Shown here: positions 30,180 through 39,700 of the stretch, piece after piece | Layout: the number at the start of each line of letters is the position of its first letter | How positions within the stretch are numbered: the first letter of the stretch is position 1 | Source: a virus | Lineage: Duplodnaviria; Caudoviricetes | Direction: 5' to 3' (one strand) | DNA: 64,000 bases | Virus record (IMG/VR): IMGVR_UViG_3300020048_000087 | Span: 1 to 64,000 of that record | The notes under the pieces: generated by a model | What the model was told of the DNA's origin: nothing | Databases searched by the model: none | Seen by the model: only the letters and a program-made list of their open reading frames with translations | Program-made: the position numbers and the translations under genes

Positions 30180-31574
30180 TTATTTATCGTTTTTCTTTTT
30201 TTGTTCTTCTCTCTCTTTTCGTTTATCTAACAACTCACGTACTTTATCACGTTGTTTTTGTTCGTTTTGTTCTTCAAGACCCAAGAATGTTACTGAAGTT
30301 TCAGTATCAATATCAATCATCCCATTATCAAACTTACAATTTTCAAATACAACCCCATCATCACCAATACGTGATTTAGTAATCGCAATTGTTGCTAATT
30401 TCATTTCTTTTTGTTGTAATGTCTTAGCCACCGAGATAATTACGTGACCAACTTGTGCTTTCTTAATAGAACCACCCATTTGGTCTGTAGTTACAACTTC
30501 CGCAGAGATTGAACTTCTATTACCTTGGGTTGCCGTCCAACCTACCAAGTTTAATTCGTGACACATTGCCTCAAATGCTCTCATCACCGAACCTTCAGAT
30601 TTCCACTCATCACCTAAATTTCTATCAGGTAACACACAATCAATATAATCTAAAGAAATCATATCAATTTTAATTCCATCAGCAATTAATTTTCTAACCT
30701 GATTTTTGATTTGTAACATCGTCATAGTATCTGAAGGTAATTTCTTTAAAATCAACTGATTTGGCATCGTTGTTTTAATCTCATTAACTTTAAGTAAGAC
30801 CTCTTCTTTTCTCGTTGTTAACTCATCAGGATGTATTTTAGTCCACAATGTTATATGTTTTCTTTGAATAATTTTAGGATTATCCTCAAAGAATAATTGT
30901 AATACGTTATACCCTAAGTTAAACGCGTGATTAGTTATTTTTGTCATCAAAGTTGTTTTACCAACACCGGTAGGTGCCAATACAACCCCAATTTCACCTT
31001 TAGCCAAACCCCCTTTTAAGAGCTTATCTAACCCAGCAATACCCATTGGTATCGGATGTCTATAATCCTCGTCTAAAACACTTTCTAAATCAGAGAATAC
31101 GTTAGTCATACCATCTTCTCTTTCACCTACTTGTAAAGCAGTTCTAACTAATTGTTCTACCTTATCATAGTTTTCGAATTCACCCCCATCAATAATTTTT
31201 TGGGCTTTATTCATTACTTTCTGTAACTCTTGTTGTTTACAGAACTTCATCGCTTTCTCTTGAACAAAGTCACTACCATCAATAGGAGCGTCTTTAATTT
31301 TACTAATTGTGTCGATAACAATCTTAGATGCGGTTTCTTGTTGTAATTCCGACTTAGTAATTTGTTCCAACGTTTCAAATGTTGGTGTGTGTTCGTATTT
31401 AGAATAATACTCTCTAATCATCTGTATGATTAGTTTAAAGTATTTATTCTCAAAATAATTCACTTCAATCACATCAATAATCGACCTAGAAAAGTCTTTA
31501 TCAATGATGATTTGATTTAATAATTGTAGTTGGAAACTACTCCCTAAGTACTCGAAATTTTTATTTGAACTCAT
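30180..31574 (-). CDS. dnaB: Replicative DNA helicase, DnaB / T4 gp41-like
   Basis: Walker [27 protein letters not shown] and KSRIG motifs. Confidence 0.9.
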   Translation of the reverse strand: MSSNKNFEYLGSSFQLQLLNQIIIDKDFSRSIIDVIEVNYFENKYFKLIIQMIREYYSKYEHTPTFETLEQITKSELQQETASKIVIDTISKIKDAPIDGSDFVQEKAMKFCKQQELQKVMNKAQKIIDGGEFENYDKVEQLVRTALQVGEREDGMTNVFSDLESVLDEDYRHPIPMGIAGLDKLLKGGLAKGEIGVVLAPTGVGKTTLMTKITNHAFNLGYNVLQLFFEDNPKIIQRKHITLWTKIHPDELTTRKEEVLLKVNEIKTTMPNQLILKKLPSDTMTMLQIKNQVRKLIADGIKIDMISLDYIDCVLPDRNLGDEWKSEGSVMRAFEAMCHELNLVGWTATQGNRSSISAEVVTTDQMGGSIKKAQVGHVIISVAKTLQQKEMKLATIAITKSRIGDDGVVFENCKFDNGMIDIDTETSVTFLGLEEQNEQKQRDKVRELLDKRKEREEQKKKNDK

Positions 31575-31602
31575 ATTTTTAAAATTGATTTTTAAATAAA
31601 TA

Positions 31603-32058
31603 TTACGAAACTAGACTAACATTTAGGTATTCGTGTGATAAATTTTCAGATGAAAAAATGTCAGTTAATGACATAAGTAAGTTTTTTAGGTGTGGGCGTA
31701 CATCCACAGTGTATCTTATTTTTGGTGGGTATATTTTAGCGTCGATTTGACGATGAAAAATATTTACATCACCTTGTTTTATATAAACATTGAAGTACTC
31801 AGGACCATCAATAAATGATGTATCTAAAACTGATGGGTTATTAGCAATTTCATATGTGTTATCTAACATATAAGTCACCGTTTTCATCTTCAATTGTCGT
31901 TCAAAATCAAATTTAAAATCTTTAATCAATTCATACAGGTCCGTAGAATTTTTAGCATTAGGATTAAAATCTCTAACATTAAAAAAACGTTGTACGATAA
32001 TGTTATCATTAACCATCATTAAAAATTCTAACTTTGTTGATTCGTGTTGTTCTCTCAT
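31603..32058 (-). CDS. Hypothetical protein in the replication cassette
   Basis: 151-aa ORF tightly packed between the exonuclease and helicase genes. Confidence 0.7.
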   Translation of the reverse strand: MREQHESTKLEFLMMVNDNIIVQRFFNVRDFNPNAKNSTDLYELIKDFKFDFERQLKMKTVTYMLDNTYEIANNPSVLDTSFIDGPEYFNVYIKQGDVNIFHRQIDAKIYPPKIRYTVDVRPHLKNLLMSLTDIFSSENLSHEYLNVSLVS

Positions 32059-32062
32059 AATT

Positions 32063-33064
32063 TTATTTATTAAACTTTCTTTTTTCTTTTCTTGTTAATT
32101 TTAAAAAGGGTGTTAAAAAATTCACCCAAGCGTTGTCACCTTTCGGTAGGAACTTGAAGAACCCATCTTCCATCATCAATTTGATAACATTCCTATGACC
32201 TCGACCATCAGGGTCTAAGGTTTCTGAATAATACTCCTGAACTATATTTTTTCCATCTTCTGTAATTAAAGGGTTTGACAAATCTACTATTTTTTCGTTA
32301 ATAACAAAGAATTCTTCACCAAAGATACCACTTTTTGTTCTACCCGTTAAAAGATTTTGTAAAACTTTATTGTCTTTATCATCTTTGTGTAAAATCTCGG
32401 CCTTTTCTAAAATATCGGTGAAATTAACCTCTTGGTCAAGTAGCTCAGGGAATAATTTAATTAACGTCTTATCCCCAAGGTAATATATACCATTAATATT
32501 GTCAGATTTATCACCCGCAATTATCTTGTAAGTCTTAACGTTATAGTGGGGTAATTCAATCTCCTTAAACTTAATTTTATCACCAAGTTTATAGTATTGT
32601 TTCATATCAGGTAAGTACACTCTAACTTTATCAGAGATAAGTTGAGTTAAATCTCTATCACCTGAGAATATCGTTTTGTCTTCATCTGGTGATATTTGAC
32701 AATAGTAAGCTATCAAATCATCAGCTTCGTTATTATCGACCAACACCTGTCTTATAAACAACTCTTCCAAGTATTGTTTAACACGTTCTTTTTGTTCGGC
32801 AATCGAATCTTGTTTGGTAATATCAAAAGGGGTCTTTCGATTTTCTTTATATTGTGGATATAAAAGTTTTCGAGCTGATGAATTATCATCACCATCCCAA
32901 AAAACCACGACTTTATCAAAATTTTCAGTATCAATAAATCGTCTTAGTGTATTAATAAAATGCCACACACCGCCTATGTGTTTTCCGGAGTGAAAGAAAT
33001 CTTTCACCCCGTGAACACCAATTTTAATAAGGTTGTTTCCGTCAACCAATAAGGTTTTAGTCAT
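32063..33064 (-). CDS. 5'-3' exonuclease / flap endonuclease (T4 RNase H, Pol I N-terminal-like)
   Basis: LLVDGNNL, YPQYKENR, EADDLIA, SGDRDLTQL and GDKSDNINGI motifs. Confidence 0.92.
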   Translation of the reverse strand: MTKTLLVDGNNLIKIGVHGVKDFFHSGKHIGGVWHFINTLRRFIDTENFDKVVVFWDGDDNSSARKLLYPQYKENRKTPFDITKQDSIAEQKERVKQYLEELFIRQVLVDNNEADDLIAYYCQISPDEDKTIFSGDRDLTQLISDKVRVYLPDMKQYYKLGDKIKFKEIELPHYNVKTYKIIAGDKSDNINGIYYLGDKTLIKLFPELLDQEVNFTDILEKAEILHKDDKDNKVLQNLLTGRTKSGIFGEEFFVINEKIVDLSNPLITEDGKNIVQEYYSETLDPDGRGHRNVIKLMMEDGFFKFLPKGDNAWVNFLTPFLKLTRKEKRKFNK

Positions 33065-33089
33065 TTTTTACCATTAAATGGTTCTACAA

Positions 33090-34091
33090 TCAATTCTCGA
33101 ATTCTTCTTCTTCCGTTGGTACAAAAACTTCACTAAGTTTAAAATCTCCATCACCACCTAATTTTTTATTCCAATATTCAGAAAATTCTTTTTTATATTT
33201 CTCAATCGCCGTTTTATCATCTTTGATATAACCTTGAGGGACCGCCAATATTTTACCATCTTTATATGATAAACCATTAACGTGGTTCTTCAATATTGAG
33301 ATTTTAGTTCTCGTCGCGTAAACAACCGTTCTATTATTTTTAGTTGCGGTAATGTGATTAATTCCCGCTTTCTTTTGATTACCAAATAAAAACACTAATG
33401 ATGATGCTAGCCATATCGCTTCACCCCCTTTAGCCTTAATCTCAGGTTGCCCAAAAGGATTGTCAGGTAATTCCACCCAAGGTTGATTAATTATAATCAT
33501 AGTGGCATAAAATGGAACATCTTCTTTTTTAGTTTTAGATATTCTCGCCGAAATACCCATACCTATTTTGTCGGCAAATGTTGCCGCATTATGTTGTTTA
33601 CCACCTTTACCATCATAAGTCATCTTACAAGGTATAGAACCCACAGAATCCCATAAAAATTGAACGTTATAAGGTATTTCACCTTTCTCTTGAGCATCTA
33701 AAATATCATTAACGAATTGTGTTGCTTGTTCAATGTAATCAAAACTATCATTGAAGATGAAATGTCCATCCCACTCACCGTCAGCGTTTTGAGTCGCCTC
33801 TAACCCTAATTCAACCGCGTGTTCCCAATTCCATTTTCTTTCAGTAATAATAAATACAGGTAAATCCCCTTGTTTTTGAGCGTCAGCCGCAGCCAAAATC
33901 ATAGCAGTTGTTTTAGACGAATTTGAGTGACCTAAAAACATATTAATATGTCCTTTACTTGGGCCAGGTAACCCACACGCTTCGGTAAACGCTTCACCAC
34001 AATTGTAAAAACTCTCAGGTTTGTATTTAGTTTTAGTAGAAAACTTTCCTTTAATACTATCTAAATTAATTTCTTTTTTCTTTAAAGCCAT
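33090..34091 (-). CDS. recA: RecA/UvsX-like recombinase
   Basis: P-loop GHSNSSKT, FLWDSVGS (Walker B), IIINQ and KGGEAIWLASS motifs. Confidence 0.85.
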   Translation of the reverse strand: MALKKKEINLDSIKGKFSTKTKYKPESFYNCGEAFTEACGLPGPSKGHINMFLGHSNSSKTTAMILAAADAQKQGDLPVFIITERKWNWEHAVELGLEATQNADGEWDGHFIFNDSFDYIEQATQFVNDILDAQEKGEIPYNVQFLWDSVGSIPCKMTYDGKGGKQHNAATFADKIGMGISARISKTKKEDVPFYATMIIINQPWVELPDNPFGQPEIKAKGGEAIWLASSLVFLFGNQKKAGINHITATKNNRTVVYATRTKISILKNHVNGLSYKDGKILAVPQGYIKDDKTAIEKYKKEFSEYWNKKLGGDGDFKLSEVFVPTEEEEFEN

Positions 34092-34770
34092 AATATTCTT
34101 TTATTTGTTCATAATAATTATCGTCAAATTTTGGGTCTAAATCAATAATCCCTTCATTTTTTTCTTTTAATTTGTCAGCCCATTCATATTGTCGTATAAT
34201 CGGTATATCATCCATCCCCGAAATATGATAAGTTGACATACCCCACCTATAAATCATTGTTGGGGTATCTATAGATTCGTGTACACGTCCATTAAACTTG
34301 AAAGTAATGTCTAAGTCCTCACCAAAATTCTTATCGGGGAAAGTTATTCTATTTAAATAATCTTTAGAATAAACATTACCATTATTAACACTATTTTTAA
34401 AATCTATAAAGTTATTATGTTCAAAATAAAAATGACTCGACCTTCTATATATTTCATATCCAGGATTTTCATTTATTTGTTTCTCGACATTTTTTAAACC
34501 ATTTAAACTCAATAAATCATCGTCATCTAAACGATAAACATAATCATATTTACATTCTTTAAACCCCCATTCTATTTTTTTTGAAATGTTTTCAAAACGT
34601 TGGTTTAAATTTATAATTTTTACTTTTGGGTGATTAAATCTGTATGTAACATTTGGTTCATCATTAATAATAACCATTTCACTCTCATCAAAATTTTGTA
34701 ATAAAAAAGAATGAATTGATTCTTCTAATAATCTTTTCCTACCGTACGTTAAGGTTAACACTGAAATCAT
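34066..34770 (-). CDS. GT2-family glycosyltransferase
   Basis: ISVLTLTYGRKRLLEESIHSFLLQ, IINDE and RLDDDD are GT-A/GT2 motifs. Confidence 0.8.
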   Translation of the reverse strand: MISVLTLTYGRKRLLEESIHSFLLQNFDESEMVIINDEPNVTYRFNHPKVKIINLNQRFENISKKIEWGFKECKYDYVYRLDDDDLLSLNGLKNVEKQINENPGYEIYRRSSHFYFEHNNFIDFKNSVNNGNVYSKDYLNRITFPDKNFGEDLDITFKFNGRVHESIDTPTMIYRWGMSTYHISGMDDIPIIRQYEWADKLKEKNEGIIDLDPKFDDNYYEQIKEYYGFKEKRN

Positions 34771-34783
34771 ATTGAAAGGGGAT

Positions 34784-34815
34784 AAAAAAAGGTACTGACT
34801 TTATCAATCAGTACC
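34784..34815 (-). terminator. Intrinsic terminator/attenuator after the SSB gene
   Basis: Perfect 8-bp inverted repeat GGTACTGA/TCAGTACC followed by T7 on the minus strand. Confidence 0.8.
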
Positions 34816-34831
34816 TATTTATAGGGTCTTT

Positions 34832-35707
34832 TTAGAAAGGTAATTCTTCGTCTACCTCATCGTTAGCTTGAGGGTCAACAAGTACTTTTTTAGGTTCTTT
34901 CTCCACTTTCGGACTTGAACCACCAAATGATTCCTCACCTGATGTATGATTACCATACACATACTTACCTTGGTCATTATCCCATTTAGGTGTCTCACCA
35001 CGAGCAATTGCCTCCAAATACTCAACAGGTTTTTTAGAATAAACATCACTCCAAGTTAATTCATCATTAACCCAAAGATTTTTAGTTTGTTCATCTTCGT
35101 GAATCGGAGCCGGGTCATCATACATAACAGTTTGAATAACTGTGTATTCTTTACCTTTACCTTGGTTAGATTTCGCCTTAGTCATTTCAAGAATAAGGTC
35201 TCTACCTTTTTCAGATTCAGTAATATCACCTTTGTTTCTCCAAATTGGGATGATTTTGTCTAAGATACCTTCATTTTTGTAATTATGTTTAAATCTCCAA
35301 AATTTAGGACCATCTTCCTCTTTATCACGGTCAATAACTTTAACGATGTAAAATTTACGTGATTTGTAGGTTTTTGCGAGTTCTTTATCACCATCAAGTG
35401 TTAACTCTTCGTGTACCTCATTTAAAGGTGAACGTTCATTGTCGTTCATACCAGGGTCATATAACTTAATCCATTTCCCGTCGATAAACATTTCGTGGAA
35501 CCACACTTCTTTAAAAGGTGATGAACCATCAGGTGTTGGGAGAATTCTTATTCTCTTAGAACCTTGTTTCTCGTTATCATTCAAGATTGCTGCGAAATAT
35601 TTTTTCATTCGCTCATCTTGACTCATTTTGTTCCCGTTAGAAGGGTAACTTCCTTGTTGTGCTTTCTCGTATTGAGCTAACACTGAATCTAATGTACTTG
35701 TCGCCAT
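34832..35707 (-). CDS. Single-stranded DNA-binding protein, T4 gp32-like
   Basis: RIRILPTPDGSSPFKEVWFH, RKFYIVKVIDR and FWRF core; acidic tail ending DEVDEELPF; located in the replication cassette. Confidence 0.75.
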   Translation of the reverse strand: MATSTLDSVLAQYEKAQQGSYPSNGNKMSQDERMKKYFAAILNDNEKQGSKRIRILPTPDGSSPFKEVWFHEMFIDGKWIKLYDPGMNDNERSPLNEVHEELTLDGDKELAKTYKSRKFYIVKVIDRDKEEDGPKFWRFKHNYKNEGILDKIIPIWRNKGDITESEKGRDLILEMTKAKSNQGKGKEYTVIQTVMYDDPAPIHEDEQTKNLWVNDELTWSDVYSKKPVEYLEAIARGETPKWDNDQGKYVYGNHTSGEESFGGSSPKVEKEPKKVLVDPQANDEVDEELPF

Positions 35708-35732
35708 AAAATTTAGTTTATTTGTTTATTAA

Positions 35733-35761
35733 AGTATAAGTCCGCCGTTTTGTTTTGTCAA
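35733..35761 (-). promoter_or_regulatory. Sigma70-consensus (early) promoter
   Basis: Minus strand TTGACA-N17-TATACT about 25 nt upstream of the SSB start codon. Confidence 0.85.
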
Positions 35762-35770
35762 ATTTTTTGG

Positions 35771-35802
35771 AAAAAAAAACTTGTCTTTTTTTTAAGACAA
35801 GT
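35771..35802 (-). terminator. Intrinsic terminator ending the hub operon
   Basis: Perfect 9-bp inverted repeat ACTTGTCTT/AAGACAAGT followed by a T-tract on the minus strand. Confidence 0.85.
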
Positions 35803-35825
35803 AGTTTTCCATTATATGTTACTAA

Positions 35826-36515
35826 TTAGTAATTCTTTTTAAAACCTTCTTCATCGTCATAATCTCTGAAAGTTTTTTGTATTTCATTAGGTGAAAAATC
35901 CGTCACATCATCTTTGGTTAAAACATATTCATTTTTTCCCGATTTTTCCATATCTTCTTGTTTATCAATAAAAAAATCGCTTAATTTCTGATTAAATGGT
36001 CCAGAATCTAAACTTCTTAATTCTAATTTCTCTTGAGGTGTTTTTTCTCTATATTTATCAACTTTAGCTTCAAGACTATTTAATTGATTAACAATATTAT
36101 CCATTTCACCTAATTTACTTTCTAAAGTATCTAAATGACTAAATAATTGCTCAAAATAATCTTCTTGTCGTTTTTCAACATTTTTTTGTGATTTAACTAA
36201 ATCAGTAATGTCTAATTCTTCCTTACCTGATTCGTCACCAACTTTTTCAACATCAGGGTCAGCCTCCACATCCACAGGTTGTGGTACTTCGCCAGCAGAA
36301 GGTGGTGGTGGAGGTGTTGCCCCTGCAGGTGGTGCCGCCATTGGGTCAGTAGGTGGTGCAGCCATTGGGTCATCACCTAATCCCGCCATTGGGTCCGCAG
36401 CCGGGTCACCCGGAGGTGGAGGTAACTCTTGTTCGTTAATATATTTATTAATCGAGTTAAACCTTGATAACTCCTCTAAAATTTTTTTATCAATATTCAT
36501 AGTTTTGTTACCCAT
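35826..36515 (-). CDS. Pro-rich, acidic coiled-coil protein (possible head-internal/scaffold-like)
   Basis: KKILEELSRF...YINEQ N-terminus, poly-Pro tract with three DPMA repeats, then a heptad coiled coil. Confidence 0.6.
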   Translation of the reverse strand: MGNKTMNIDKKILEELSRFNSINKYINEQELPPPPGDPAADPMAGLGDDPMAAPPTDPMAAPPAGATPPPPPSAGEVPQPVDVEADPDVEKVGDESGKEELDITDLVKSQKNVEKRQEDYFEQLFSHLDTLESKLGEMDNIVNQLNSLEAKVDKYREKTPQEKLELRSLDSGPFNQKLSDFFIDKQEDMEKSGKNEYVLTKDDVTDFSPNEIQKTFRDYDDEEGFKKNY

Positions 36516-36732
36516 TTAAAAGTTGTTTAACACCTGTTAGTGTTTCTACTTGTATTTTTTTATTTGTACTCATCGTATTGTCAACTCGTTCAATTAGACC
36601 ATCTTTCATTCTAATTGTATAACAACTACCAGTATCTAAATCACAAACCTCTTTGAATCCATTTCCCGCATCTTTTTCGGTGTGACGGGTACTTTTACCC
36701 AAATAATTATCTAATATTAATTTCGTATTCAT
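36508..36732 (-). CDS. Small hypothetical protein
   Basis: 74-aa ORF preceded by the TATTTATA motif and overlapping the next gene. Confidence 0.65.
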   Translation of the reverse strand: MNTKLILDNYLGKSTRHTEKDAGNGFKEVCDLDTGSCYTIRMKDGLIERVDNTMSTNKKIQVETLTGVKQLLNG

Positions 36733-36779
36733 AATAGTTTCTTTCTATATAAATATCACCATAATAAAAAAAATTAGTA

Positions 36780-39700
36780 TTAGACATTAGCCGAGTTAAA
36801 TAAATTAATCGAACTTTCAACTTTACCAATAATATTATCTCTATCAGTCGTACTCATCGACATCCAATCAGTAACTTGAACACTACCATCGTTTGGTAAA
36901 CGATTTAAAAACCAAAATTCCGCAATTGATGGTGATAATTGACCTGAACTATTTGCTATAACTTTAGACATTCTTTTTTCGTATCTTGAAATTAACATAT
37001 CAATGTTTTTATCCACAGAACTAAACACCGCATAAGGTAATAATGTCGTACCACCTCTTTTCATACAATAATATGATTTTTCAAAAGAATCTATGGGTCC
37101 CCAATCTCTTGATAAATCAACACCTGATAAATTATTTGAGAATCCATTACCATTACTTGATAAAAGTATTGACGCAAATACAACATATTTTAATTTATTA
37201 TCATCAGTAACATTTGCACTCACCATTCTTGACATTATTTTAGTTACTAAATCTTTTGTGTTAACATTAGTTAATTCAGGTGTATCAACAGGTGTGTATT
37301 TTTTATACTTATCGGATAATAATTCAGAACAACTATTTGAATTTTCCAAAGTACCATCTTTACTTGTCGATGCCACGGCATTTTCTGCTTGATTTTGAGA
37401 AGTACCACCAACTGAATTGGCCATCGTTTTAATTGGGTCAGCATCTTGTTTTTGTTTATTTTTCTCAACAATTGACGCCAATAAATTAGTTTTTAATGAT
37501 TGGATATAATTTCCAAGTTTCGGTAATGATGCCGTCGGTTGTCTAATACCTTCAATAATTGTTTCAAAAACACCAGGTCCGATTGTGTGATTAACCGATG
37601 TTATCATATAAGGTCCTTGGAACATTGGTACGTGTCTTAAATTGAAATACATCGTTGGTTGTATCAACGCATTCCCCATCATAGAAATAGTACAAGTATA
37701 ACTTCTATTTTTATAGATGTTAAATAATGATATATTTTGTGTCGCCGACGATTTACCATTTGCTTGGTTAGCCATCATATTTTCCACCTCTAAAGATTCC
37801 GCAGTTGGTTTACCATTTTGTTGACCAACATTAAACCCATAAAATATTGATTGATTTTGAGGTCCAATATCAACATTAAACCCAACCACTTTATTCGATT
37901 TATCCCAATCCGTTTTTCCCATTTGATTTTCCAATAATGGATTATCACTAGATTTACGAATATCAAACGCATCGTCTCTAAATTTAAAATCAACGTTTTT
38001 AATATCTAATTGTTCACTCCCTTTACCACCATAAAAACAAACCATTTTAGCGGATGATGCTCGAGTATCCGCATTCATAAAAGTACCAAATAACGTATTT
38101 GCAAATTCTAACGTACCTTCAGGTCTTGGGTTAGCATTTTTAACCGCATCCTGTACGTTATAAAAATTCACATATGCGGGTAAATCCATCACAACAAAAT
38201 TATTATCCGATAATATTGTTTTAACAAACCCCAACATATCACCTTTAGCCCCGTCACCAAATAACGAATCTAAATTCGCCTTTAATTTATAGATATCAAC
38301 AATAATTTTATCACCGATATTTCTACTGGCCCTATCCATTAATAACACATCTTCAAAAAATGTTTTATTACTAACATCAGCACCAGCAATCCATTTATCA
38401 TTTAATGATTTAAAACTACTCCAATGGTCTAATTTACCTTGCGAACTTTCAAGAACAGAATCAACTATTTGTTGTGGTGTATTATTAACATTCGGTAAAG
38501 AGACTTGTAATCTTAACATTAAATTATTTAATGCTTTATCTAAGAATGAACTTGACGAAATTACATAATCATCCATTAACCCCCTAAAATTAGTTTCATT
38601 AAAATTCGATTTAGGGACAGGTTGTTTTATTAATTTTTTTGACCTTATTTTTTTTGAGACTATAGGATTTTCTTGAATACCTAAAGGTCCATAATGAGAT
38701 ATTATCAACTCATCAAATAATACTAAATCGTTTTGTTGATACGCTGAAGGTATTGAATCAATAAAAACATTATTCGGTCCAAACAATACCGCAGTTTTCT
38801 TTGGTCCAGGTCCTAAAAATATTTCAATAGTATTACCATCTTGTAAGATAGCCGTTGAGTTTTTATTTTGTGTTGACGGGGGTAGTGATGTATTACTAAC
38901 CGTTTCTGTTAATTTTTGGGTCGCGTATACCTTAATAATCGGTGCGAATGTTTTAATATTGTACTCAGTAAACGCAACGTTAAAATCTAAAAAGAAATCC
39001 GTAATATATGAACCATTATTACCATACATTAATGGACCAATTTCCGAATAACCAACATAGGTCTCAAGAGCTTTCCATTCATTAGGATAACTAACTTTAG
39101 ATGACGCTAATGTTACACTACCACCATAAGAAGGTAATGCGTTTGGTGTGACCGATTCATATTTTTCCCAAGTATAAGAGTCAGTTAAACTATAGTTAGA
39201 AAACGTATAAAATAATCGTTTATCAAAATTAGAAGGATTACCATATTTTATATACACTGAGGAAGTTATGAATTTTTTTAAAACATTATTAATATTAGTC
39301 ATTTGTTCCTTTTGAATTTTCTCTACAATGTCAGATGATGTATCTCCGGTTTGTTTTGGAGTTTTCATCATATCACCCATTAATTTTTGAAAATTCCATC
39401 CGTAATCTACTTTCTCATCAATATCATATTTTGATTTACAAAAATCTAAAAATTTAGTCTCAAACATATCCAAAATATTCGTTTCAAACACTGAAAACAT
39501 TTCACTGATATCCGAATATTTTGTAACATTACCTTTAATAGAAAAGTTAGGTTGTACCGTACTACCCGTTAATATTTCTTTTAAATATTGTGTTGGATTA
39601 GGTTTCATAACCTTACCACTATTAAAATACCCATAAGTTGGTGCTGCCCAAAATGTTCTTACAGAACCATTATACATTGAGGTGTTACCTGTAACCTCAA

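Noticed and set aside
30176-30190. ATAAATA in T4 late-promoter orientation before nrdB (also before 32058)
   Set aside because: Produced by the upstream gene's AAA-TAA ending, so most likely coincidental.
36208-36519. 103-aa plus-strand Gly/Ser/Ala-rich ORF
   Set aside because: Antisense shadow of the poly-Pro region of 35826-36515.
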